Source: Epiperipatus broadwayi (taxonomy: Eukaryota; Animalia; Onychophora). Taken from it: DNA of 64,000 nucleotides. Below, piece by piece: positions 37,196 through 48,729 of the stretch. The notes under the pieces are model-generated. The model made no database searches. It was not told the DNA's origin and worked only from the letters and a program-made list of their open reading frames with translations. Position 1 is the stretch's first letter. Each line of letters begins with the position of its first letter. A program made the position numbers and the translations under genes. The stretch is taken from contig JAQFVV010000006.1 of NCBI GenBank assembly GCA_028023455.1, positions 4,340,001 through 4,404,000 on the forward strand. Direction: 5' to 3'.

Positions 37196-38987
37196 AAGAT
37201 AAAATTCAAAATCTCATTCTGCCTTTTATCTCTAGTTTTCAATTTGCAAAGAAAGGTAGTTCCACAGCTGAGTCACTCTGCCTATTCAGGTTAATTACGG
37301 ATTATACAAGAAAAAGTCAAAGCCAATAGTTGTCCAACTTGATATTTCAGCTGCTTTTGACTCAGTCAGAATTCCTCAACTAATACATCTTCTAAGTGGT
37401 CTGAACATTCCCACAGGTATAATGAACATCATTACTAACCTTCTATTAAACAGACATATTGCAATTTCATTAAATGGAAAAATTTCAAACTCATTCACAC
37501 CTACCAAGTCGATTCCACAGGGTTCTCCTCTTAGTCCCTTACTCTTCATTCTATATATAAATCCATTTCTTAAATCTTTAGAGATGAATCTTCCTGGATT
37601 GTACATTCCTGGTATCAATAAATCCATTCAGCACATATCCTACATGGATGATGTGGCAGTGTTCTTACCATCTAGAAAATTTATACCGAAACTAAGTCAA
37701 ATTATGGACAATTTCACCATAGAGTCAGGTCTTGCGTTTAACTTTAGAAAATCTGCTGTATGGAGACTTTCATCTGGAAAATCCATTCCATCCCTTTTCA
37801 CAGCTATGCCACAAAAATTTTTGGGCTTACCAATGAGTCTCTTTCATGCAGCAATGAGGAAATTAATACAAGACACTATCATGAATTCTGCAAGAAAAAT
37901 AATTGATTCACTTTCAAAAGTTTATACATCATTATTTGCAAAAGCAGCCCTACTCAACATGTTACTGTTCCCCAGAATTGCTTACTACATGCCGTTCATT
38001 GAATTCTCATCAAAATTTATCCAGAATATAAACTCTCTTTGCTCTAGATTAATGTGGAAGGGTAAAACTGTTGCTATTAGCTTAAGAAGAGTGCAGAGAC
38101 CAACAAGACTTAATGGCTTGTCACTGCATTCACTTCATGTTCTTTGTCTACAGAAATCAAATAACCTCATTACAAGACTTAATGGGATTTTTCCTGATGA
38201 CTCACCATTTCTATCTATTCATCCTACAGATACTCCACCTCCAATTAATGATGGTTGGCTGACACAAGTCTTAATTGACATTGCAAAAATTCTCACACCT
38301 TTAACTCAAATAAAACCAACGAAACTTCGTTATTGGGATGCCTATCTTTTTTTTTTTTCAACAATTATCCCAGATTATAGCATTCTCACCTGTACAAACT
38401 TTGCCATTATAAAGAAATATAAAAGATGTAATCTAGAGCCAAAATATTTGGACTTTCTTCTAAAGCTAAATCTCAATGCCCTTCCAACAAGCCACTTTCT
38501 TGTGATGTATAGAGGTTTTTCATCTTTGGACCCTGTTTGCTCACTCTGCCATAGGGAGGATGATACCCTATTTCACATTTTCAACGATTGTTCCTCTCTT
38601 CAGGGCTGTAGAATATTGATTAATAAAATTTATACACCAAAACATCCAATTATCAACACACTCATAAAAGGTTTTGCTTATGGGGAGTGCAACTTTCATC
38701 CCTTTCTGTCTAAGGTTTGTCAGATGCTTCCTAATCTTCAAGTCTGTTATACCTGATCCAACATTAACTTTTTTACAAAAATTAAAAGATATCAAAGAAA
38801 AAGAGATTTGAAGTTAGCTCCTCACCTAATAGTAAATTCCACATGGAATCTTATTAATATTGAACATTAAGTAATTTAATGGTTTATAAATGTATTGCCA
38901 AATTTAATGTTATTTTATAATTTTTTCTTTATTGTAAACATAGTTGAATAAACCTGTTTTTGATACTAATGTTATTTAGCATAAAAA
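37196..38987 (+). mobile_element. 5'-truncated L1/Tx1-type non-LTR retrotransposon with 16-bp TSD
   Basis: TSD aacattctaaagatta at 37180-37195 and 38988-39003; aataaa near 38947; A-rich end. Confidence 0.9.
37422..38756 (+). CDS. Reverse transcriptase C-terminal half with CCHC zinc knuckle (element ORF2 remnant, 444 aa)
   Basis: PQGSPLSPLLF, YMDD, SGLAFNFRKS, KFLGLP, LMWKGK...RLNGLSL, CSLC..DDTLFHIFNDC. Upstream in-frame QLDISAAFDSV; a frameshift near 37315; the frame continues past TGA to ~38868. Confidence 0.9.
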   Translation: MNIITNLLLNRHIAISLNGKISNSFTPTKSIPQGSPLSPLLFILYINPFLKSLEMNLPGLYIPGINKSIQHISYMDDVAVFLPSRKFIPKLSQIMDNFTIESGLAFNFRKSAVWRLSSGKSIPSLFTAMPQKFLGLPMSLFHAAMRKLIQDTIMNSARKIIDSLSKVYTSLFAKAALLNMLLFPRIAYYMPFIEFSSKFIQNINSLCSRLMWKGKTVAISLRRVQRPTRLNGLSLHSLHVLCLQKSNNLITRLNGIFPDDSPFLSIHPTDTPPPINDGWLTQVLIDIAKILTPLTQIKPTKLRYWDAYLFFFSTIIPDYSILTCTNFAIIKKYKRCNLEPKYLDFLLKLNLNALPTSHFLVMYRGFSSLDPVCSLCHREDDTLFHIFNDCSSLQGCRILINKIYTPKHPIINTLIKGFAYGECNFHPFLSKVCQMLPNLQVCYT

Positions 38988-39419
38988 AACATTCTAAAGA
39001 TTATTTTTTGACTTTCAAAATTATCCCAATCATCAGCATACTCATCCACATAACTTGATTATTTCAACTTAGTACAATATAACGAAGAGCATTTCTGTAT
39101 TATTCTAGTAACATTTATTGTAAGTTTGAATAATCATTGGTCACCGGATGTTATTCGGATAAATGCATATTGCCCATGCAATTCAATTCTTAATGGTTTT
39201 TGAATTTCAGTCTTAGTTTGATAATAAAAACTAAGATGTATTATTGCATTGATTCCAGTTTTGAGTTCCAAGCCTTCATCAGTAATAGCAAAAATCAAAC
39301 TTTTCTGGAGATGGAAATTTATTCTGATAGTCACTGATTATGCATGTTTACAATGGATGATGTTAGAGTAAATGAGAGAAGAAATTGTTCATAATCACTC
39401 TACATCTAAATCCAAGATG

Positions 39420-39707
39420 TTAAAACAGGCAAAACTCTCCATACAGTAGTGCCAGTCAGTGCAAATCAGAATAATCAATGGATGCAAGGTTTGTGCATAA
39501 AATCCTTATCTAGTGCCTACTCCGCCAATAACCCCGACTAGTTTCCAGCTTGTGTCATCAGTAAGGCATCTTGGATCTGAGGGCACAAACCTTGCATCGA
39601 TTGATTACTCTGACTTGCACTGAGTGGCACTATGGTATGGAGAGTTTTGCCTGTATTAATAGCTTGAGCAAGCATAAGAAATGGTGATCATGTGATGTTT
39701 AGTGGTT
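39420..39707. mobile_element. Family A insertion: inverted arm + short direct arm, 13-bp TSD
   Basis: TSD taaatccaagatg at 39407-39419 and 39708-39720. Minus-strand HHR remnant ctgatgacacaagctggaaactagtcgggg. Confidence 0.88.
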
Positions 39708-40329
39708 TAAATCCAAGATGGAGGTTTTGTTTTTGCTTTTTATTGGTTCAAATTAAAATACAAATTTGTAGCATTTCGTCAGCAACTCCAAGTTGATAAA
39801 AGGAAAATATAATAGTATAGGCTGTGGTAGAGTGGAGATATATTAAATCCCAATGGTAGGGACGGAATGTGTCAATATACTCTCTTAGATATTTTTTGTA
39901 TCTTCGTTAAGTAAAAATATATATGAATATAAAATAATATTTGACAATTATATTAAAGAGAAAATAAAACAGACAGAAATTTGCTTATTATGAAAGAAAC
40001 AAATCAGAATTGTTTAAAGTAAAATTAATGCAAAAAAGATAAGTTATTAAAATTAACATTAAACATTAGTTTGTTTCAAAGCAAATTCAAATTTATAAAA
40101 AAAAAAAGAACTATTTTCACTCCATTTTTTTTTCTCTTGTTTTTTAGTTGTTTTTTTTTTCTTTTAAAAAAAAAACAAAAGGTTGTTGATAAAAAAACAA
40201 CATGTCATTAAAGATTGGTTGATTAAAATAGATGTGATAATTTTGAAGGTAGCGAGCTTAATCGGTTGGCTAATATGTTTTTTGAAAAGTATATTTTGAA
40301 ATGCAGTGATGATTATCTATAAATTGGTT

Positions 40330-40720
40330 GAGATGATTAATTTAAAGCAGTATGTAATTTGCTAGCAGACGGAACAAGGGACTTAAAAGTTGCTATGCTG
40401 TAAAAAGAAAGCTTCATCGCTGAACAATGTATGTTTGCCTGCATTTTTCCATTGGTGAGGTGTAGTTCATCAAGCTATGTTTCCTGATGAGAGAACAGCA
40501 CTCAATATCATTAAAAAGTTCTAGGAAATTGCCATACATGATAATGATCCTTGCTTCATCAACATGAGTGTTTATCTCCGTCCTAGGGTGTAGCTCCATA
40601 TAAGAAGAAAGTTACAAAATATAGCCCTAGTGTGAAAAATGATGCCAATTGTACTTGAAAAATGGTTTTTGTCCAGCGATTGGAATGAAAGTTGCCAACT
40701 TCCTTCAAATCTCTACCCAT
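40330..40720 (-). mobile_element. Possible Tc1/mariner-superfamily transposase relic
   Basis: TLFSDEAFFLQ resembles the first-Asp motif (FSDEAHFxL), preceded by a frameshifted RKHSLMNYT..HLT-like segment. No TIRs found. Confidence 0.3.
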
Positions 40721-41819
40721 TGATGAAGTTAACCTGTGAATAAATTGGAGCAAAGAAGAAACCTACCAATGCCAAGCATTCCAACCTGGGGAATGAAGGA
40801 GTAATGCAAATTTCCAGTCTTAAGGGTAAAATAAATTGACAATCATTTGTGACAGTCCAGAAATAAGCAAAAAAAAAACAAAACTGACAATTGTATCTAA
40901 GGAATAAATCTAGCCTGAAATAATAAGTGAGACTAGAAAAGTGGATCAACAAATCGATGAACTGTGAAAGAACAAACTGTACTCGGATTGCCATAACAGA
41001 TATATTGCAATAAAAAGTATATGATTGAAATCAGAAGTAAATACATAGACACAGAAAAATGGTAAGACTGTTTGATATATATGTGGCATATGGCAAAATC
41101 TTAACACAAAATTAGGAGAACATTTATTTATTTAAGTATGGGTGATTATGTTTAGCGTTAATTTCTTTTACTTTAAAGTGAATTAGTTTTTAGTCCGTGG
41201 GGTCACCATGTGGTTTTGTACAAGTTAAATTCCAGCAGCCCCTCCCCTCTTCCAATACATGAAATAAAATTTGTAAATTAAAACAAAATGAATTCTATAA
41301 AATTTTATCTAATAAAACGTATAGAAGCAGCAGAGCATTAAAAAATTACAATTATTTACATTTTTATCTTTTTATTTACATATTAATTAAATCTTCTGGC
41401 TTGAGAAGTCCCAAAATAAGTTCTTGGAATTGTTTTTTCCATGCAGTAAATAATGGAGATTCTAAAAACTTGTGACCATAATTATCTTCGGGAAAATCCT
41501 TATTATCTACATGACTAATATAAAATTTTCAATTAATTTTTATGTTCATAATTTTTGGACAAATGTCTAGATCATTAACAGTAAAATTTAACGTAAAATC
41601 AGGAAGTTTCAGATTTTTCTCTCTCGAAATTACATTTTTCTTCAATTTCCTTCTCTATTTTGAGCTCCAAATAACTTATTTGATATTTTATCCATGTTGG
41701 GTCTTCGATAGGAGAGACTAGAACAAACAAAAATAAATATTTTGCAAGTAGAATAAGTAATATTATGAAATCATACATCACGTGACTTAATTAGCTTGTA
41801 TTTACAAATATAATATAAC

Positions 41820-42050
41820 GCGCGTGCTAATCGTTCTAAACCAGCTTTTTCGATAAATACTGCAAGCATTTAAAATCTCTATCTAGAATTATCCTTTTCC
41901 CCAAACCGGTTTTGACCTAATATCCTAGTGCCTCACTGAGGAGAGCCATTAACTCAAAACTGGCTTGGGGATAGAGATAATTCAAAGATAGATTTTAAAT
42001 GCTTTCTCTTCCAAAATTTATCAAAAAAAGCTTCAGAGCTATTAGCACGT
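41820..42050. repeat. Inverted pair with a decayed family A-related HHR (41931-41971)
   Basis: cctca-CTGAGGA-GAG-ccattaa-CTC-aaaac-tg-gct-tgggga. 41820-41915 is the reverse complement of ~41955-42050; shares atatcctagtgcctca with 60530-60547. Confidence 0.6.
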
Positions 42051-42299
42051 TTGTTATATTAAATAAGAAATATGCACGTAACAGAAATTAGTTTGATATA
42101 AACCATTAATTATATACACATTGGAATTAATGTAGATATTTGGAACTGAATTTATACATATGGGGTCAGTTACCAATCTTGGAAGTCTGATATATAATCT
42201 TATATAAGTAACTACTTCTAATTTACCTACCTTTATGATCTATGTTGTGCTTAACTTAAAACATAAAATCAGGATTATATATTGCTTATAACAGTTCTT

Positions 42300-42385
42300 T
42301 CATATACACTTCAGTGCAAACAAATTTTCTTAAAACCTTTATTTTCCTTACAGTTTCGACTGTCTAGCAGTCTTCATCAGAGTGT
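42300..42385 (-). repeat. Family D subfamily terminal repeat with HHR core (42346-42382)
   Basis: Minus strand CT-CTGATGA-a-GACTG-ctaga-CAGTC-GAAAC-t-GTA-AG; stem I only 2 bp. Same flank as 45231-45330. Confidence 0.65.
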
Positions 42386-45059
42386 AAGAGAATATATTAT
42401 TCATAGGTCTCATTGTCTACTGATGGGGTCGATTAACCCAGATACAACATCCATTATAGTCTTCTATTACTTTGCCTTCTTAGTGTGGATGATCTTGCAG
42501 CCCCATCTCTCATTACGAAGGGAAAGACAAGTTCGTTTTCTTTATTCCTTACATAACAGCTTGTCTAATTTAACTACCTTTATGATCTATGTCTGTTGTG
42601 CTTAATTTAAAACATAAGATCAGGATTATTTATAGGTCTCATTATCTACTGATGGGGTCGATTATCTCGGATACAACATCCATTATAGTCTTCCACTTCT
42701 GAAGGCAGTGTCAGATATGACATTATTAATTTAATGTACATTTTAATGTTACTCTATAGATATTCTACTAATATAGTACAGAATTAAAATTATTATGAGG
42801 TAATATTTTTAAAATAAGCTTATTTTTAAAGAAATTTTTATTTTGTATATAAATTATGATATTTAAATAAATGCGATTCAGAAATCTAAAGATTTTCATT
42901 TATGTATAAATTTTCATTAGTATATCAATTACACGGTGCAGGTTTATTCGATTTAGCACAATAGTACGAGTAGTTTATTTCAAGCAATTATCACAAAACT
43001 AAGAAATAGTAATTCTCTTATATTTAAATAAAAAATATTTACAATCAGAACATGTTTCTAATGATGGATAATACAGAAATCTAAATATTTTTACTTACAC
43101 TGTTTATTAATTATTGTGATAACATGTTGGCATTCTATTTGGTTCAGCCAATGTATCGTGTATGTATGTATATCTACTACATATATATTTCAAGCATTTA
43201 TCACAAAATTCATCCTCATAATTAAATAAAAAATATTTACGATCAGAATGTGTTTCTGACAGAGGAATAATTAAAAAATCTGAACATTTGACATTTACGT
43301 ATAAATTTTATTAATAATCGTGATGAGATTGTGCCCCTATTGATGAAGCACCTTTGTGTTCAGCACAACGTGCATACACATACACAGCAGCTCTTGTCTG
43401 TATTTATATTAAGTGGAATATTGTATATTTTTTTATGTAATTTTGTTTGATTATTAATTTTTTTCCGAATATGTTAATAATGAAAACAATTAGGCAAGGG
43501 AGAGGGAGAAAGAAGAAATAAATATTTTTATTTTAATGCTATGAAAATAGTGTAATGGAAAATTTTAAAAGTTATTATGTGATATTAAATGACTCAACGA
43601 TGATCTTCATTTGTTATTTTCATATTGGCAGAGTTCATTATTTGAAAGAGTGGGGTGTTGACAAATTTATATTATTGTTACTACTTGGAATAAAGTATTG
43701 CCGACTTTGAAATCCTAGCTTATGTCTCAATTCTTATTCTTGTACTTCCTCAATTCAATAAGGTATTCTAAATTAAGGATTTTTCAATATAGTAGTTGCA
43801 TTTCTTGTGTCCCAAATGACTGCTCAATGTTGATGGGATTACTACACAATGAACGATTTCAACCTGAGTTTTTGACCATTCTTCTAAGAAGTAATGAGGT
43901 GATACCACAATTGATCTTGATTAATTGTACCAAGTGAAAACAAATGAAAAATGGTCAGAGAACTCTGGTCAATTAGATTATGTTCATTTTATATATAGAT
44001 AGAGGGTTATATTTGTGGTAGAAAACATATTGTCTTAACATTACCAACAATAAGCTTAAAAATTAATAAAACCGTTTAGTATACTCATCACCAATTTGTT
44101 GATTATGTTTAGGTTAAAATCTCATTACAATGTGTTTACTGTATATATAATAAAGAATAGAAATAAGATTATATCCATGTAGACAGAAATAACTTATAGT
44201 TTTTGATGTTGCTAAGAAACCCAATTACTACTAACTGACAATTCACGAGATTAAATGAGTTTTCTCATTAACCTATATATATGTAATATGTATCTGTCTG
44301 CATATATATGTATATACATAAAAGTATTCATTAATATGCGTCAAAACATATGGAATTTTACTTTTAACGAATTATGAGTCTACCCTTATAGCTTATGAAG
44401 TAATTACAATTCTTAGCCTAATTGCCCTACTTTTCTATGTTTTACTGAAATATTATTTTTATTAAATAAACTTAATTATTTTACAGATAGGGGGAAATGA
44501 ATTTCATGTACTTTTTCATATATTAATTTTAGATACTTTTGTAAATAAAAATGCCTTATTGGATATTAAAATATAGTTGAAATATAGGGATTAAATATAT
44601 ATATTGATACAGATCAAGTATAAAAATTAAGATTTGGAAAGAAAGTGACGCGGAATATAATATTTATAAGAATGAATATCGATATCTAATATGTGCTAAT
44701 TGAACCAGACACCAGGATTAACTTTTAACACTTTATTTACTATAGTAAGCCATTTTTTCTGTAATATATTATCAGGCCAATAATCATCAAATTCATATAT
44801 AACTTCCGTCACTGGCTCAAGAATGTGTAAAATTAAAATACGGATTGTGATGACTTGGTTAAGTTTTAGGCCATCCATTTTAATTTACAGAGGCAGGAAA
44901 GCTCTCGGTAGTCGCTCCTTCCTTTGACATTACCGTGGTCATCCCTTTCTCTGTACTTGTTTGGAATGCAGTATCATCATTTCATTCATATCTCTTATTC
45001 TTCTCCTTCACTTTCTTTGCATATCTTTATATAATTATATATATATATTGTTTATAATA

Positions 45060-45330
45060 CTCTATTCATATACACGTTAATGCAACAAATTTTCTTAAAA
45101 ACTTTTTTATTTCCTTACGGTTTCAGCTGTTCATTTTTATATATGTGTAAAATGATGGTTATATACATGTATTTATTTATATATATGTGAAATGATGATT
45201 GTATATTTATATTATTCAAATCTTGTAGCTCTGATGAAGACTGCTGAACAGTCGAAACCGTAAGAAAATAAAGAAGTTTTTAAAAAAATTTGTTGCATTA
45301 ACATGTATATTAATAGAGTGTTATAAGAAA
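45060..45330. repeat. Family D subfamily inverted pair with HHR core at 45231-45262 (+)
   Basis: CTGATGA-a-GACTG-ctgaa-CAGTC-GAAAC-c-GTA-ag. 45060-45125 is the reverse complement of ~45255-45325. Confidence 0.7.
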
Positions 45331-45723
45331 TATATATAATTCATTCATATCAAGAGTCCTTGTCCCTTTTCCTTATGAAACTTCACCACCTATACTATTA
45401 TTCTTCTTTATTTTTAGTTAAAGTTTCTTGTTTCCAGGATTTAACTGACTTGTCTACCTATTTTCCATTTTTAATTTCTTTTTATTATTTAATTACTGTT
45501 TTCGACAATTCTATTGCTGCTTTATTTATTTTTTCCTTTACATTTAGCTTACTTATAGTCTAAATATTTTTATCTGCAAAGTTATTTATAATTGTTTTTT
45601 TAATTCTTAACATATTATGTAGGATTAATTTTTCTTTCCCATATGTTAATTTAGATGAGATGCTAATGTTCTTTAACATTCTTGTAATTAGTTTTATGGC
45701 TTAGAATAACTCAGAGATTACAT

Positions 45724-46023
45724 TTCCATACAGTAGTGCCACTCAGTGCAAGCCAGAGTAATTAGTAGATGCAAGAAGGTTTGGGCATAAAGTCACTATT
45801 TAGTGCCTACTCATCCAATATCCCCAGACTAGTTTCTAGCTTGTGGCTTTAATCAGTGAGGAGCTTTGGATCTGAGAGCACTGAACCTAAATTTTAGGAT
45901 CTAATGCAACTCTCCATTGATTACTCTGGCTTGCACTTAGTGTTGCTACTGTATGGAGAGATTTACCTCTATGTAAACAGATTGTGGAAGCATAAGGAAT
46001 GGTTATCATGTGATGTTTCATGG
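45724..46023. mobile_element. Family A insertion: inverted arm + short direct arm
   Basis: Minus-strand HHR 45821-45862, tcctca-CTGATTA-a-AGC-cacaa-GCT-a-GAAAC-ta-GTC-tgggga (G8 mutated). Direct arm tccattgattactctggcttgcac...atgtgatgttt. Confidence 0.85.
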
Positions 46024-47459
46024 TTAAATTTGTAACTCTAAGAATATAAACCAATTCGTGGGACCAACAAGTTTGAATGTGTTGTAATTCGTAAGCCAGA
46101 TTCCCAAAGAATTATTTAAATGAACTTGTAATTAATTTCGACTATTGGTTATAACAATGCCAATTTATTTTGTCAGATAAAGAATGACTTTTTTATCTGA
46201 CCTTCAGTTTGTTATTTAGTAATAAATCGAGCATCTGGAGAAAAGAGTATTATTTACAAGTTCATTTCTATATTTGTGTTGCCCTTTTGGTTAAAATAGA
46301 TATCCATTTACTAACCATTTTTAGGTGGTTAGCTGGATTGGCTATAGGCTGGCTAAAAATACCAAACCTATTTTCAAAAATGTTTCAAGTGTATTTGATT
46401 GCGATTTGAACAAAGATCATTGGTGTAACAGGAAGATGCAGTGCCATTGCGTCATCGGATTGCGATTTGAACAAAGATCATTGGTGTAACACGCAGATGC
46501 AGTACCATTGCATCATGGGATTCTTTTTCAACATGATTGTTTTTAAAATTATGTATGTACATGTTGTATATATATGCCCACATGCTTTAAAAATAATAAA
46601 GATAGAAGGTTTTAAATTATTAAATTATTTTGTAATTATTAATGGTTAGCAGTATCATTTTTTTTTCATTAATGGTTAGCAGTATCATTTTTTTTTCATA
46701 TTTATTATTTGGTTTTTAAATCCCTTGAAAAACAGTTATTTTGTAGTTTACCGTATATGGTATTTGAATATATATATAATGAACTGCTGTGTACGAAAAG
46801 TTGAGAAGCATGAAAAAATACTCTTTTACAGGTGAGAACTTTGGCATCACAGAGAAGACATAGTAAAATCCATTTAATAAACCGTTGAATGCATCCATAA
46901 AGAGTGAAGACTATTCACAAAATGCATGCAATGAGATAAGATGGTCTGGTAGATGGTTATGCTTTGATAAAAATCTGGAAATGCTGTTGCATTGAACTGT
47001 TGCTTCAAGAAATAAATGGCTAGTTGTTGGGAAAAAATATTTCTTAGTGAAAAATATGGAAATAAAGGAAAATTCTGAAAACATTGGGATTTCCACCAAA
47101 CTAACATCAGGCTGGACTGATAGCAAAGATATTAAAAAGTTTTATTATTTAAGGTATTTGCATATCCACAGATAACAAATGAATGATGCAGGCAATGTTT
47201 AATTGATTTGTGGAATTCAAGCATAAAGAAATGGTGGTAAATAATGTTAAAAAATTGGAAATCATTTCTCTCATTTTGTTTTTCTTTGCAGGAATTATAT
47301 TATTTGAAGAACTAGATGCTAGTTTGTGAGGACTAATAATAATTGAATAGTTAATTTTTCAGGACTTCATATGTTTGAGAATCGGAAGTAACAGAGTTGG
47401 GGCCACTGTTCACAATTCTCTCGATCCACACAGGACATATGGATTTTTATAAGTAATTA

Positions 47460-47730
47460 GGATATTATCATCATCAACCATTATCAATCCACTGCAAGTT
47501 GAAGGGCTCTCCACATCTTTAGCTTCTCTTCTCCATATCATCCCTGCATACTTTCTTATTTCATCCATCCATCTCACATATGCTCTTGGGTCTTTTACAA
47601 TCTCTTAGAATCCAGTTTAAGATTTCAATTCTCCATCTATTCTTATCTCTTCTAGCAATATGTCCAGCCCAACTCCACTTCAATCTTTTAATTTTTTCAA
47701 TGAGATCAGTAACACCTCACGCTACTTTCA
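47460..47730 (-). mobile_element. RTE LINE 3' end fragment
   Basis: Reverse complement matches 50690-50960 (aagtggagttgggctggacatattgctagaagagataag ... tgatgatgat tail). Confidence 0.85.
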
Positions 47731-47749
47731 ATTATCCACTTCATCTTAT

Positions 47750-48640
47750 ATAACCAATTTACATGATCGCACACATGCCAAGATGATAAGTGATCTCCAA
47801 TATACATATTGCAATGCTGAATCAACACTCATCAGTTGGTCCAATCATCATGTGTAACATATATATATAATCAGTGCTCACTTTATACTAAGTAGCAAAT
47901 CATTAAAATTTAATGGAAAGGATTCAGCCTTCCCCACCTTCCAATTCTTCAGCCATCAATATATTGAAAAGCTGATGATGGAATGTTCAAAGTCCATGTT
48001 AATGCCAATATTGTTGTCCTACCCATGTTGACCTTAAACTACTCTGACCCCTCATATTTAGGACTTTAACATGTCTATTTAAATACACAAGAGGGGTGGG
48101 CAGAATTCAGGCTGAATCTGTAAAATTTGAATACAAGTAGAATGTATATACTGAACTTAGATGTAATTAGAAGGAATTTGAACACAGACTTTCAAGCTTT
48201 CTAGCTACGATTTTGTCTTATATAACCATTACACATGACCACATGTGCGAAAAAGGTTAAGGATCTCCACTAATGCTCAACCAGCATTGATCAGTTGGTC
48301 CGGATCAAATTTAACTTGAATTATGCCCATCCCTCCTCTGTGTATTTAAATCGCATATTAAGGTCCTACATATAGGGTCAGAGTAACAAAGTGAACATGG
48401 GTATGACAACAATTTGACTTCAACAAGGGCTTTAGCATTGCATCATCAGATTTTTAGTAATATGGATAGCTAAAGAATTGGAGGGTGAAGAATATTGAAG
48501 TCTTTCTATTAAAGTTTGAAGATTTTCTATCCTAATGTAAACTGAGCCCTGATTATATATCTGTATGTGTGAAATAATAATTCAGACCAACTGTTAGATC
48601 CGGATTCAGCACAAAATACGAATTTTGGAGATCTTTTTTG
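47750..48640. repeat. Family C cluster: one near-full copy, one partial copy and one inverted copy; HHR cores mutated
   Basis: gtgatctccaatatacatattgcaatgctgaatcaacactcatcagttggtcc (47790-47843); cagactttcaagc (48184); inverted cagaccaactgttagatccggattcagcacaaaat (48583-48618). Confidence 0.85.
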
Positions 48641-48729
48641 CATGTGTATTAGTTAGATATAGCTGAAGGGAGCTCGAACGTTCAAACCCCCTTTAATTAC
48701 ATCTAAGTTCCATATATACATTATACTTC

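Larger units (their letters stand above)
36860..39340 (-). mobile_element. RTE LINE RT fragment split by the L1/Tx1 insertion (pieces ~36860-37179 and ~39004-39340)
   Basis: Right piece ELKTGINAI and DEYADD; left piece YTNQFKYLGSLL. These are in normal RT order on the minus strand across the insertion. Confidence 0.7.

Noticed and set aside
40484-40515. CTGATGA-GAG...CTC as a hammerhead
   Set aside because: Followed by AATA rather than GAAA, and it lies in a probable transposase relic on the other strand.
44696-44878. 60-aa minus-strand ORF (MDGLKLNQ...) as a nested gene
   Set aside because: No recognisable domain, no supporting exons, and a length expected by chance.
46700-47300. Tc1-like transposase relic (HP*RVKTIHK)
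   Set aside because: One weak motif, with no catalytic residues or TIRs identified.
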